Shown here: piece after piece, positions 17,931 through 28,376 of the stretch
How positions within the stretch are numbered: position 1 is the first letter of the stretch
Layout: every line of letters begins with the position of its first letter
NCBI GenBank assembly: GCA_003210915.1
Contig: QCUA01000001.1
Span: 8,527 to 72,526, forward strand
Source: Prochlorococcus sp. AG-676-L21
GTDB lineage: Bacteria; Cyanobacteriota; Cyanobacteriia; PCC-6307; Cyanobiaceae
DNA: 64,000 bases
Direction: 5' to 3'
Position numbers and translations under genes: made by a program
Notes under the pieces: model-generated
What the model was told of the DNA's origin: nothing
Seen by the model: only the letters and a program-made list of their open reading frames with translations
The model's database searches: none

Positions 17931-18004
17931 TCGGGGCGACAGGATTCGAACCTGCGACCTAGTGCTCCCAAAGCACCCGCGCTACCAAGCTGCGCCACGC
18001 CCCG
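17931..18004 (-). tRNA. trnP: tRNA-Pro(TGG)
   Basis: Full cloverleaf CGGGGCG...CGCCCCGA, anticodon loop TTTGGGA, T-loop GTTCGAATC. Confidence 0.98.
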
Positions 18005-18345
18005 CTTATAAGATCTTAGTTCATAAGAGTCATCTATAAAAGACCAAATTGATAAATATTTTATAAAAAAAAGGTTTTCAGTAAAAAATATACTCCTTCT
18101 AACAATTTTGTCACTAATTTCTGACGCTTGTTTTTTAGTTGAAGGAGTGCTCCTCCAATACACTTGCGCTGCTAAAGCTTTTCAAACACCTTTTGTAAAT
18201 AAGTTCTTGTTCTTTTTTGGTTTTAGCTAAAGACTTAATTACATTATTATTTTTTTAAAGATTTAGAGAAAAAATTCATACAGGGTAGAATTAGAGTTAA
18301 ACCTCATAAGGTAGACCTTTAAAACTAATCCCCGAATTATGGAGA

Positions 18346-18858
18346 ATGAAAAAGCTTATAGAATTTATTGAAACATTTAAAGATTTTCCTAGTACAGGAA
18401 TTGAATTCAAAGATGTCCTTGGAATTGTTTAAGAACCAAAGATTTTTAAAGGAACTTGTTTTAAAGATTTCATCTAGTTAATTTATAAAAAATGCCGAGG
18501 CAATAATTTCTATAGATGCCAGGGGTTTTATTTTTAGCTCTGCAATTTCTTTGCAAGCATCAAAACCTATTATTGTAGCCAGAAAGCCTGGTAAGCTTCC
18601 AGGAGAACTTCTCAAAGGAGATTATAGTCTCGAGTATGGTGAAAATTCCCTTTTCGTTCAAAAAAAGCTCTTCAAAAATATAAGTCTTATGCCATTGTTG
18701 ACGAATTATTGACGACAGGAGAAATGGTCAATTGTGTACCTTAATTACTTGAGAGTAATATTAAAGAAATTGTGGGAATTATAGTTGTAGTTGAATTTAC
18801 AAATTTGGAAGGGAAATCAAGATTAATCTTTCAAGTTGAATCATCTTTAAGGTTATAA
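18346..18858 (+). pseudogene. apt: Adenine phosphoribosyltransferase pseudogene
   Basis: Fragments DFPSTGIEFKD, IDARGF, VARKPGKLPG, YSLEYG, IVDELLTTG broken by stops and frameshifts. Confidence 0.85.
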
Positions 18859-18867
18859 ATTATTTAT

Positions 18868-18972
18868 TTAAATTAAACCTATTGACCCTGCTGTAAATCC
18901 TATAATTAAAAAGAATGAAAATTCTGCTAAATCTCTTGGTAATGAATTTACTAAAATTTTAATTTGAGTCAT
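18868..18972 (-). CDS. Small membrane protein (34 aa, MTQIKILVNSLPRDLAEFSFFLIIGFTAGSIGLI)
   Basis: Hand translation. Confidence 0.5.
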   Translation of the reverse strand: MTQIKILVNSLPRDLAEFSFFLIIGFTAGSIGLI

Positions 18973-19187
18973 TTGACCTTGTGCTCCTCAGGTTATTTTT
19001 TTGAAAATCTAACTTATTATTTTTAAAGCTGAGGAAAATATTTATTTTTTTTCGTTTTTCTAAAGAATTCAAAAAATTTTAAATATTTAAGATGTCACTC
19101 TTAATATATTTTAAATTTCTTTGTTATTCTTAAGGATGTTTTTGCTAAAGTAGATGCTATATTTTTTATTAAAGACTTTCCCTTTAG

Positions 19188-19355
19188 ATGGACTATAAAA
19201 AAAAATCTTTAAAAAAGTTAAATTTAAACGAGACGTACGAAGAGATCGATAGCAGATTAGCTACAGGTTGGTATGTAGATTCAGTTGGCAGCCAAAAGAA
19301 AAAAAAATATAAAACTAAAGAAGTGAATTTTAAAATTTCAAAAAAGCTAGCCTAG
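19188..19355 (+). CDS. Small basic hypothetical protein (55 aa)
   Basis: Hand translation MDYKKKSLKKLNLNETYEEIDSRLATGWYVD... Confidence 0.5.
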   Translation: MDYKKKSLKKLNLNETYEEIDSRLATGWYVDSVGSQKKKKYKTKEVNFKISKKLA

Positions 19356-19511
19356 TATTTATTTCCCAGGATTGTTAAATAATATTATTCTGATTTAGTT
19401 TTTAATACGATGTTCAGGTTCACAAACTGGCATGCCATTTTTTAATATGTATCAGTCGATACTTGATTTTGTTATCTCTATATCTTAATCTAGGGTGTAC
19501 TTTAAAATTTC

Positions 19512-19520
19512 GTGTGAGGA
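19512..19520 (+). promoter_or_regulatory. Yfr1 sRNA target site overlapping porin RBS
   Basis: GTGTGAGGA is complementary to the Yfr1 motif ACUCCUCACAC; same site at 20820-20828. Confidence 0.75.
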
Positions 19521-19525
19521 AATTT

Positions 19526-20662
19526 ATGAAGCTTTTTAAAAGCTTGCTCGTAGCTCCAGCGGCGTTAGGTCTTCTAGCTCCAATGTCTGCTATGGCAAAT
19601 GAAATTAATTTAACTGATGTTTCCAGCTATTCTTCATCACAAGAAGTTGAAACTATTAGCGAATTTAATGCAGCTAAAGAATTAGCAGTTACTAATAGCC
19701 GTGTAGATGGCTTAGAATCAAGATTCAATAATTTTGAAGCTGGTGCTTTCTCAGAAACAACAACAGCATCATTCTCAGCTGATTTTGCAATCGGTGCTGA
19801 AGATGGTACTGACGCTGGAGATTCAGTGCAAGCCTACTATGGTTTTCAAATCGATCTAAATACTAGTTTTACTGGTGAAGATTCTTTTGATGTTTCTATT
19901 GATGCCGGTAACGGTAGTGCTTTTGAATACGACCTGAACTCTACAAGCGATGCTTTGAAAGTTGATGGTATTGCATACACTTTCCCTCTTGGCGATAAAA
20001 CAACTGTTTTCGTTGGGGATGAAATGGACGGTAGCACTCTTTACAGCACAGCTTGTGTTTATGGTGGACCTTCTAACAACTTAGATGATTGTGGTAACGG
20101 TTCTTCCGCTATGGGAGTGGGTCTAGGAACTGCAGCTGGTGCAAGCTATGACATCGGTAACGGTTTCACAGCAGCAATCGGTTACACAGGAAACGGTTCT
20201 ACAACTAATGGACTTTTAACTGCTGAAGGTTATGATGTATACGGCGGTCAACTATCCTATGCAGCTGATTCATACGGTGCATCTGTAACTTATGCGAACG
20301 TAGAAAGTGCTGATGATACAACTTTCTGGGGATTAAATGGATACTGGACTCCTTCTGAAGCTGGATCTATGCCTTCTGTAAGTGTTGGTTACGAAATGGG
20401 CGATCCTACAACTGCAAAAGATTCAACTCAATGGTTTGTTGGACTTCAGTGGGATGAGGCTGGACCAGGAACATTCGGTACAGCTATAGGTACTATCGGT
20501 GCTATCACAGACGATGCTCCTGAGTACTTAATGTATGAAGCTTTCTACACTTACGAAATAAATGATGGAATGTCAATCACTCCATTGATTTATATTAAGG
20601 AAACAGCTAGCAGTGATGATGATTTGACTGGTATAATGGTTAAAACATCATTCAGCTTCTAA
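19526..20662 (+). CDS. som: Cyanobacterial outer-membrane porin (Som type)
   Basis: MKLFKSLLVAPAALGLL signal peptide, beta-barrel, terminal FSF; start set after the RBS. Confidence 0.9.
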   Translation: MKLFKSLLVAPAALGLLAPMSAMANEINLTDVSSYSSSQEVETISEFNAAKELAVTNSRVDGLESRFNNFEAGAFSETTTASFSADFAIGAEDGTDAGDSVQAYYGFQIDLNTSFTGEDSFDVSIDAGNGSAFEYDLNSTSDALKVDGIAYTFPLGDKTTVFVGDEMDGSTLYSTACVYGGPSNNLDDCGNGSSAMGVGLGTAAGASYDIGNGFTAAIGYTGNGSTTNGLLTAEGYDVYGGQLSYAADSYGASVTYANVESADDTTFWGLNGYWTPSEAGSMPSVSVGYEMGDPTTAKDSTQWFVGLQWDEAGPGTFGTAIGTIGAITDDAPEYLMYEAFYTYEINDGMSITPLIYIKETASSDDDLTGIMVKTSFSF

Positions 20663-20737
20663 ATTTATTAACTTAATTTAGAAAATCTTACACACTTTTA
20701 AAAGACCTGCCGTATGGTAGGTCTTTTTTTATTTATG
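19757..20737 (+). repeat. ~980-bp near-identical direct repeat (partner 21062-22042)
   Basis: Offset 1305 bp; one mismatch seen by eye. Confidence 0.95.
20701..20730 (+). terminator. Intrinsic terminator of porin 1
   Basis: aaagacctgcc-gtat-ggtaggtcttt followed by T-run. Confidence 0.9.
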
Positions 20738-20833
20738 TTTGTCTGTGCCTATCAACAATTTGGTCTATCACTATTACTATATCTAGAATGTTTGCTAATA
20801 TAATATATATAAATATTCTGTGTGAGGAATTTC

Positions 20834-21967
20834 ATGAAACTTTTTCAGCGTTTTCTGGTAGCACCAGCCGCTCTAGGTCTTTTAGCTCCTATTACTGCTA
20901 ATGCAAATGAAGTCAATTTAAACGCTATATCCAATTACTCTGATGTAGATAGCATTGAATTTGCAAATTCTTTTAACGACACTACTGAATTAAATACCCT
21001 AATTGCAGGTGGAGAAGGAATGGTTGAGGATCATAATCATGATTCAGATTCTTTCTCATCTACAACAACAGCATCATTCTCAGCTGATTTTGCAATCGGT
21101 GCTGAAGATGGTACTGACGCTGGAGATTCAGTGCAAGCCTACTATGGTTTTCAAATCGATCTAAATACTAGTTTTACTGGTGAAGATTCTTTTGATGTTT
21201 CTATTGATGCCGGTAACGGTAGTGCTTTTGAATACGACCTGAACTCTACAAGCGATGCTTTGAAAGTTGATGGTATTGCATACACTTTCCCTCTTGGCGA
21301 TAAAACAACTGTTTTCGTTGGGGATGAAATGGACGGTAGCACTCTTTACAGCACAGCTTGTGTTTATGGTGGACCTTCTAACAACTTAGATGATTGTGGT
21401 AACGGTTCTTCCGCTATGGGAGTTGGTCTAGGAACTGCAGCTGGTGCAAGCTATGACATCGGTAACGGTTTCACAGCAGCAATCGGTTACACAGGAAACG
21501 GTTCTACAACTAATGGACTTTTAACTGCTGAAGGTTATGATGTATACGGCGGTCAACTATCCTATGCAGCTGATTCATACGGTGCATCTGTAACTTATGC
21601 GAACGTAGAAAGTGCTGATGATACAACTTTCTGGGGATTAAATGGATACTGGACTCCTTCTGAAGCTGGATCTATGCCTTCTGTAAGTGTTGGTTACGAA
21701 ATGGGCGATCCTACAACTGCAAAAGATTCAACTCAATGGTTTGTTGGACTTCAGTGGGATGAGGCTGGACCAGGAACATTCGGTACAGCTATAGGTACTA
21801 TCGGTGCTATCACAGACGATGCTCCTGAGTACTTAATGTATGAAGCTTTCTACACTTACGAAATAAATGATGGAATGTCAATCACTCCATTGATTTATAT
21901 TAAGGAAACAGCTAGCAGTGATGATGATTTGACTGGTATAATGGTTAAAACATCATTCAGCTTCTAA
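20834..21967 (+). CDS. som: Cyanobacterial outer-membrane porin (Som type), second paralogue
   Basis: Distinct N-terminus, barrel identical to porin 1. Confidence 0.9.
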   Translation: MKLFQRFLVAPAALGLLAPITANANEVNLNAISNYSDVDSIEFANSFNDTTELNTLIAGGEGMVEDHNHDSDSFSSTTTASFSADFAIGAEDGTDAGDSVQAYYGFQIDLNTSFTGEDSFDVSIDAGNGSAFEYDLNSTSDALKVDGIAYTFPLGDKTTVFVGDEMDGSTLYSTACVYGGPSNNLDDCGNGSSAMGVGLGTAAGASYDIGNGFTAAIGYTGNGSTTNGLLTAEGYDVYGGQLSYAADSYGASVTYANVESADDTTFWGLNGYWTPSEAGSMPSVSVGYEMGDPTTAKDSTQWFVGLQWDEAGPGTFGTAIGTIGAITDDAPEYLMYEAFYTYEINDGMSITPLIYIKETASSDDDLTGIMVKTSFSF

Positions 21968-22005
21968 ATTTATTAACTTAATTTAGAAAATCTTACACAC
22001 TTTTA

Positions 22006-22035
22006 AAAGACCTGCCGTATGGTAGGTCTTTTTTT
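22006..22035 (+). terminator. Intrinsic terminator of porin 2
   Basis: Same hairpin as 20701-20730. Confidence 0.9.
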
Positions 22036-22702
22036 ATTTATGCTTGTTATATTCAATCAATAGTTAATTTGTAAATAGAATAATAATTCAATATTAAAAT
22101 TAAATACCTATTTATATAGCCTTTTTTTGATTTTCAAAATTAATGTTTTATTGTTATTTCCTGATTTTAAAGAATTTAGTATTTAACTCCCATTTAGTTA
22201 GGAATTATAGTTTACTTTAGATTTCCATAATGCATAATGCCTCCAATATTTAAATGCTTGGTTTGTAGAAAAGATATAGAAAGATCAACAAAGACTTTTT
22301 GGGTCAAAAAAGGTCATTTGTTATGTTCTTCGTGTTTAGATGAAATAGAAAAAAAACCTTCAACATAATTGAAGGTTTAATGGTTAAACTAAATTTAAAA
22401 AGGTTTTTTTATGAGATAAAAAATAAAATATTAATTATAATCAATTATTACCTCTAAAATTAACAATAGAAATTAACGTTTTTTCTTACTGCAATATGTC
22501 AAAGATTTGCAGGAAATAAGATGTTTAAATTACTTTACTGCGGTTAAATAGAAACCTGTTAGTTCATTTATTCATGGTTAATAAAACATTAGAAATAATG
22601 CACTTTTGATAATTTATATAGGTGAAATTCTCTTCTATATAAGAACAAGTCTCTATAAAAATGCTTTTTCTTGCAACACTATCTCTAAATTTATTATTAA
22701 GT

Positions 22703-22810
22703 TTAGAACCAACCAGGAATAATTTGTCCAGTAGTTACATATGCACCAACAGCTGCGACGAAACCTAACATAGCGGCCCAACCATTAAAACGTTCTGCTT
22801 CAGGAGTCAT
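22703..22810 (-). CDS. hli: High-light inducible protein (35 aa)
   Basis: MTPEAERFNGWAAMLGFVAAVGAYVTTGQIIPGWF. Confidence 0.92.
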   Translation of the reverse strand: MTPEAERFNGWAAMLGFVAAVGAYVTTGQIIPGWF

Positions 22811-22959
22811 GATAATTAAAAAAGAAATATATTAATTATTATAACAGTAAATGTAAATCTTTGTAAAGTTATTAATGGATTCCATGGAATATTCTAGTCA
22901 GCTTTATACTAATTAAGTCTAGATGTACATATTTGATACATTTATTTAACAAATATGTA

Positions 22960-23274
22960 TTACTTCTTGTCCCAAAAAGGATTTTCAAAATTGGAAGAGG
23001 CTAATTCATCGTTTGTTAAAGCTGGTCTGAAATTAAAAGAGATATTAAAATTTTTTCTCCACATATTAAAAATCCTGAAAAGTGTACTTACATTTGCCAC
23101 TTTACAAACTATAACTCCTGAGCCGTTTTGAGGGGTATGAGCGATACATTGCAATTCAAAGCCATCAATACTTTCGTTCAACTTTCCTTCATTCAGGTAT
23201 TGACAAAATTCATTTGTAGCAAATAATTGATCTTCGTTGCTTTGAAATGACCAATCGATTACATATAACTGCAT
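22960..23274 (-). CDS. DUF3303-like protein
   Basis: Y.I.W.F start, H.P..GSG, PALT motif. Confidence 0.6.
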   Translation of the reverse strand: MQLYVIDWSFQSNEDQLFATNEFCQYLNEGKLNESIDGFELQCIAHTPQNGSGVIVCKVANVSTLFRIFNMWRKNFNISFNFRPALTNDELASSNFENPFWDKK

Positions 23275-23365
23275 AAATTTGATAATTTATTATTTTAAAT
23301 AGACTTAAGAATCTAATCTTTTAAGACCTTCTGGATTATAAAAAATATACTCAATTTATTAAATG

Positions 23366-23437
23366 TGGGTCGCCTGAGATTCGAACTCAGGACCAGCCGG
23401 TTAAAAGCCGGATGCTCTACCGCTGAGCTAGCGACCC
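23366..23437 (-). tRNA. trnK: tRNA-Lys(TTT)
   Basis: GGGTCGC acceptor stem, anticodon loop CTTTTAA, GTTCGAATC. Confidence 0.97.
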
Positions 23438-23611
23438 ATTTGTAAAATTGAGTACATATGAAATTATCCCTTTTTAAGGTAAAAAAAACAACTTAATATC
23501 CTAAGTTGAACAATTGAAATACAATTCTTAACTTATGATATAAAATTTAAAAATACTCTCTTTATTTGCAGATGATAGGTAAAATGATATATGAATTATT
23601 GAATATTTAAA

Positions 23612-23728
23612 ATGTTAAGAGCCATTGTAGTTTTCGCACCAATTATTGCCGCATTAGCTTGGGTTGTCTTTAACATCCAAAAACCTGCGAGAGAACAATT
23701 TAACAGAGACTTTTTGGGAAAGGACTAA
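23612..23728 (+). CDS. psbY: Photosystem II protein Y
   Basis: [38 protein letters not shown]. Confidence 0.88.
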
Positions 23729-23734
23729 TTTGAT

Positions 23735-25147
23735 TTGATAAATAAACAAGTAATTGTTATAGGTGCAGGACTAGCAGGTTGTGAAGCTGCTTGGCAGATA
23801 GCTAATTCAGGTATATCAGTAAAACTTGTAGAGATGAGGCCCCTTAATTCAACGCCAGCCCACCATACTAGTGAATTCGCAGAATTAGTTTGTAGCAATA
23901 GTTTTGGCGCTTTGAGCACTGATAGAGCGGCAGGTTTGCTTCAAGAAGAATTGAGAACTTTTAATTCTTTGATAATACAAACAGCGGATAAATGTTCTGT
24001 TCCGGCAGGAGGAGCTTTAGCAGTCGATAGATCAAAATTTAGCAAATTATTAACACAGATATTATCTAGTCATCCTCTTGTAAAAATAAAAAGGTTTGAA
24101 CAACTTGATCTCCCAGATAAAAAAAATATCACTGTAATTGCAACTGGACCATTAACTTCAAAAAAATTAGCTAATAAAATAAAGAAATTTACTGGTTTAG
24201 ATTCTTGTCATTTTTTTGATGCAGCAAGTCCTATTATTTTTGGGGATACTATTGACTATAAAATTGCTTTTAAGGCAAGTAGATACGATAAAGGAGATCC
24301 TGCATATTTAAATTGTCCAATGAATAAAATGGAGTATTTAAATTTTAGAAATGCATTGCTAAATGGAGAACAGGCTACTTTAAAAGATTTCGATAAAGTA
24401 TCTGCAAATTTTTTTGAAGCTTGTTTACCCATAGAGGAAATAGCTAGAAGGGGTGTTGAAACGATGAGATATGGACCTTTGAAATCTATTGGCTTATGGA
24501 ATCCAGATTGGGGGGATTTATTTGATAAGGAAAATAGATTAAAAAAAAGACCGCATGCAATTGTTCAATTAAGAAAGGAGGATCTTGAAGGTAAATTATT
24601 AAATATGGTAGGTTTTCAAACTAATCTCAAATGGTCAGAGCAAAAAAAAATATTTAGGATGATACCAGGCCTAGAAAAAGCTGAGTTTGTACGTTTTGGA
24701 GTAATGCATAGAAATACATTTTTAGAATCTCCAAAATTAATATTACCAACACTTCAATTTTTGAATAGAGAAACTCTTTTCGCTGCAGGACAAATAACAG
24801 GCACAGAGGGATATGCCGCTGCTGCTGCTGGAGGCATGTTGGCTGGATTAAATGCTTCTTTATTAGTGAAAAATAAAAGTCTAGTTACTTTTCCCAACGA
24901 ATCAATGATAGGTTCTTTAATGAATTTTATAAGTAATAGAAACGAAATAATGTCTAATCAGAAAAAAAATAAATTTCAACCAATGCCTGCTTCATTTGGT
25001 TTGGTCCCAGAATTAACTAATAAGATAAAAGATAAAAAATTAAGATATAAGCAGTATCAAGAAAGATCGCTAAAGGCATTGCAAGAATTTAAAAAAGTAT
25101 TAGATTCCTCTTTTGAAAATGATCATTTACTTGTTGAGATTAATTAA
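23735..25147 (+). CDS. trmFO: tRNA (uracil-54) methyltransferase TrmFO/Gid
   Basis: [26 protein letters not shown]. Confidence 0.96.
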   Translation: MINKQVIVIGAGLAGCEAAWQIANSGISVKLVEMRPLNSTPAHHTSEFAELVCSNSFGALSTDRAAGLLQEELRTFNSLIIQTADKCSVPAGGALAVDRSKFSKLLTQILSSHPLVKIKRFEQLDLPDKKNITVIATGPLTSKKLANKIKKFTGLDSCHFFDAASPIIFGDTIDYKIAFKASRYDKGDPAYLNCPMNKMEYLNFRNALLNGEQATLKDFDKVSANFFEACLPIEEIARRGVETMRYGPLKSIGLWNPDWGDLFDKENRLKKRPHAIVQLRKEDLEGKLLNMVGFQTNLKWSEQKKIFRMIPGLEKAEFVRFGVMHRNTFLESPKLILPTLQFLNRETLFAAGQITGTEGYAAAAAGGMLAGLNASLLVKNKSLVTFPNESMIGSLMNFISNRNEIMSNQKKNKFQPMPASFGLVPELTNKIKDKKLRYKQYQERSLKALQEFKKVLDSSFENDHLLVEIN

Positions 25148-25171
25148 AATGAATTATTCGGGAAATTAAAA

Positions 25172-26716
25172 ATGAAGTTAAATAAAGAAAATTTTGATGC
25201 AATTATTGTTGGCTCAGGAATAGGAGGTTTAGTAACAGCTTCGCAATTAGCTGCTAAGGGGGCCAAAGTTCTCGTTCTTGAAAAATATATTATTCCAGGG
25301 GGAAGCGGAGGCTCTTTTAAAAGAAAGGGTTATACTTTTGATGTTGGAGCATCAATGATTTTTGGGTTTGGAGAGAAAGGTTATACAAATTTATTAACTC
25401 GTGCTTTGAAAGATGTAAATGAGAAATGTGAAACTATTCCTGATCCTGTTCAACTTGAGTATCATCTTCCAAATAACTTTATCATTTCTGTAGATAAAAG
25501 TTATCAAAAATTTATCAGTAAACTATCAACTAGGTTCCCAAAGGAAAAAGAGGGCATAAAAAAATTTTATGGCACTTGCGAAAAGGTTTTTAATTGCTTA
25601 GATTCAATGCCTCTCTTATCAATAGAAGATCCTAGTTATCTTTTTAAGGTATTCTTTAAGGCGCCATTAGCCTGCTTAGGCTTGGCTAGATGGCTCCCAA
25701 TAAATGCAGGAGATGTTGCAAGAAAGTTTATTAAGGATCCTGAACTTTTAAAATTTATAGATATCGAGTGTTTTTGTTGGTCAGTAATGCCAGCTCTTAA
25801 AACTCCTATGATCAATGCTGGAATGGTTTTTACTGATAGACATACTGGAGGAATAAATTATCCAAAAGGGGGGGTTGGCAAGATTGCAGAGAAATTAGTT
25901 TCTGGGTTGGAAAGACTTGGAAGTAAAATACGTTACAGAGCTAATGTGACAGAAATACTATTACAAGATGGAAAGGCAGTAGGAGTAAAGCTACAAAATG
26001 GAGAAGAAATTTACTCGAATATTATTGTATCCAATTCAACAAGATGGGATACTTTTGGGCTTAATAATCTTAAAAAAGGATTAATTAAAAGTGATCAAGT
26101 ACCAAAAAGTGAAAATAAGTGGTCGAAAACTTATAAGCCTTCACCATCTTTCGTCTCAATTCATCTTGGGGTTACAAAAGATTTAATAGATAAAAGCTTT
26201 AATTGTCATCATATAATTGTTGAGAAATGGGATCAATTAGAAAATGAAAAAGGGGTAATTTTCATCTCTATACCTACATTACTAGATCCTTCTTTGGCTC
26301 CAGAAGGTAAACATATTATCCATGCATTTACTCCTTCATCAATCGAAGAATGGGAGAATCTCTCACGAGAAGATTATCTTAAAAAGAAGCAAGTTTATTA
26401 TTCATTACTTATAGAAAAAATTTCTAAAATAATTCCTAACTTAGATCAAAATATTGATCATAAAGAGATTGGGACTCCAAGAACTCATAGAAAATTTCTT
26501 GGGAGATTCGAAGGCAGTTATGGACCAATTCCTAATAAAAAATTGCTTGGACTACTTCCTATGCCTTTCAATACTACAAAAATCAAAAACCTTTATTGCG
26601 TTGGAGATTCATGTTTTCCAGGACAAGGTCTTAATGCAGTTGCTTTTAGTGGTTATGCTTGCGCTCATAAAATAGGATCAAAATTAAATATAAATAGTTT
26701 TAATTTACCAGACTAA
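25172..26716 (+). CDS. crtH: Carotenoid isomerase
   Basis: GSGIGG FAD motif, FDVGASMIFG, GDSCFPGQG. Confidence 0.92.
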   Translation: MKLNKENFDAIIVGSGIGGLVTASQLAAKGAKVLVLEKYIIPGGSGGSFKRKGYTFDVGASMIFGFGEKGYTNLLTRALKDVNEKCETIPDPVQLEYHLPNNFIISVDKSYQKFISKLSTRFPKEKEGIKKFYGTCEKVFNCLDSMPLLSIEDPSYLFKVFFKAPLACLGLARWLPINAGDVARKFIKDPELLKFIDIECFCWSVMPALKTPMINAGMVFTDRHTGGINYPKGGVGKIAEKLVSGLERLGSKIRYRANVTEILLQDGKAVGVKLQNGEEIYSNIIVSNSTRWDTFGLNNLKKGLIKSDQVPKSENKWSKTYKPSPSFVSIHLGVTKDLIDKSFNCHHIIVEKWDQLENEKGVIFISIPTLLDPSLAPEGKHIIHAFTPSSIEEWENLSREDYLKKKQVYYSLLIEKISKIIPNLDQNIDHKEIGTPRTHRKFLGRFEGSYGPIPNKKLLGLLPMPFNTTKIKNLYCVGDSCFPGQGLNAVAFSGYACAHKIGSKLNINSFNLPD

Positions 26717-26730
26717 AAAAGATTAATCAG

Positions 26731-27237
26731 ATGATAGAAAAGTTCAAAACTCTTTTTTTTGTTAAAAGTTCCTTAATTTCATTATATTTAGCACTTACAT
26801 TTCCTATCCCGTTTATTTCAAATGAAAAATTAAAAATATTCTCAATAATTACTTTTGTCTTCGGATTCTTTTTGATTATAAATATTACCAATGATTATGT
26901 GAATACCTGTGATAAAAAAATTTCCTATAAAACAAGCTTTATTTCTAAAATCTTTGGGAAAAAAGATTGGGAAATCTTTTGGAAAGATATTAAATTAATT
27001 AAATCTTTGCCGACCAGCCAGGGAAGTAATGTTTATTATTTTATCAGTAATAAAAATGAAAGTTTTCTAGTTCCACAAAGGGTTGAAAATTTAGAAAGGT
27101 TTGTATCTATAATTGAGGAAAAGACAAAATTAGATATCGATGAAATATCATACATTTCACCTTTATGGACATATAAATTACTAACTTATTTATCTATATT
27201 AATGATTATTGGTGAAATAATAGCTTTTACAATTTAA
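26731..27237 (+). CDS. Conserved membrane protein
   Basis: TM segments, LYLALTFPIP. Confidence 0.7.
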   Translation: MIEKFKTLFFVKSSLISLYLALTFPIPFISNEKLKIFSIITFVFGFFLIINITNDYVNTCDKKISYKTSFISKIFGKKDWEIFWKDIKLIKSLPTSQGSNVYYFISNKNESFLVPQRVENLERFVSIIEEKTKLDIDEISYISPLWTYKLLTYLSILMIIGEIIAFTI

Positions 27238-27971
27238 ATATTATCAATACTAAATCTATATCCTTGCTGCCGAACAGTAGTAATTCCTCCTCCTTCTCCT
27301 AATCCTGCTTGTTCTAATTTTCTACGCAATGTCAGAACTTGAGTGTCTACAGATCTTGGCCCCCCGCTAAATGGCGGCCATGCTAACCTTAGAAGCTCTT
27401 GACGACTTCGAACCATACCAGGAGGCATAAGTAATGCACAAAGTAATGCAAACTCTCTAGGGCTCAATTCTACAGGTTTTTCGCTTAGGGTGACTTGCCT
27501 TAAAAGTAAATGAACCTCTAAAGGACCTACTGCAACTTTCTCCTGTAAACCTATACGACCTCTCTTTAGTAGAGTTCTGCATCTTGCTGCTAACTCCTCT
27601 AATCCAAAAGGTTTTCTTAGGACATCATCAGCACCCTCATCTAATAAGCTGACTAATGCCTCCACTCCAGATCTCGCTGTTAGAACAATAACTGAGCAAC
27701 CCAATTGTTGAGCTAATCTCATTGCGGTATTTTGCTCCAATATCTCAGCACTGATAAGTAAGTCAGGAGACTGTTCTCTGCATAAGTCAACAGCTTCCGA
27801 TGCTGATCCTACAGCGGCAGCTAAATGACCGTCTTGACGAAGTCTTTGTACTAAGACTGTTCTTAGTGTGGGGTGAGGTTCAACAACAAGAACTCTCGAA
27901 GGGGTTTGAGAGGTCGAAGGCAATTGGGAGCTGCCAGGAGCTGAAGCTAAGATTTGCTCAGTTGATTGCAT
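27234..27971 (-). CDS. OmpR-family response regulator with atypical receiver
   Basis: Receiver plus winged helix (RSVDTQVLTLRRKL). Confidence 0.9.
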   Translation of the reverse strand: MQSTEQILASAPGSSQLPSTSQTPSRVLVVEPHPTLRTVLVQRLRQDGHLAAAVGSASEAVDLCREQSPDLLISAEILEQNTAMRLAQQLGCSVIVLTARSGVEALVSLLDEGADDVLRKPFGLEELAARCRTLLKRGRIGLQEKVAVGPLEVHLLLRQVTLSEKPVELSPREFALLCALLMPPGMVRSRQELLRLAWPPFSGGPRSVDTQVLTLRRKLEQAGLGEGGGITTVRQQGYRFSIDNI

Positions 27972-28057
27972 TCTTAATTACTGTTTGGCCAGGCAATTTT
28001 TTATCATCCTTAATAAGGTATAACAAATGCTAAATAAAAATCAGAATCTATCTAATT

Positions 28058-28327
28058 ATGACATCATTTGAAAATCCAATAGCAATTCGCCATTTTCAAT
28101 CAATTTGCGATAGTTGCCAAGACCTAGTTACTAGATATCATACTCCTTCTGACTTGAAATTATATAGTGATGGTTATCTCCAAGCCTTAAGGAATTGCAA
28201 TAGTTTAGAGCTAAAAGACCAAGATAAATTAGAAGGATTAATTGAAAGATGGATCTTAGATCCGTCCAGCTTTATAAATCCAGATGGCGATCAAAATAAA
28301 GGTTTTTTTGATAAAAAAAAGATTTAA
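28058..28327 (+). CDS. Conserved cyanobacterial hypothetical protein
   Basis: IRHFQ..CD, LYSDGYL motifs. Confidence 0.75.
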   Translation: MTSFENPIAIRHFQSICDSCQDLVTRYHTPSDLKLYSDGYLQALRNCNSLELKDQDKLEGLIERWILDPSSFINPDGDQNKGFFDKKKI

Positions 28328-28376
28328 AATATTAATTTTTATTAACTAAATTTAGTATTTATACTTAGTAAATATT

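Larger units (their letters stand above)
4174..18004. mobile_element. tRNA-Pro-anchored genomic island: tandem array of eight integrase-less cassettes
   Basis: Eight direct repeats of the tRNA 3' half plus the intact tRNA; paired terminal repeats per module; accessory cargo genes. Confidence 0.85.

Noticed and set aside
23366-23437. tRNA-Lys as a second integration site
   Set aside because: No partial tRNA-Lys repeat noticed in the window
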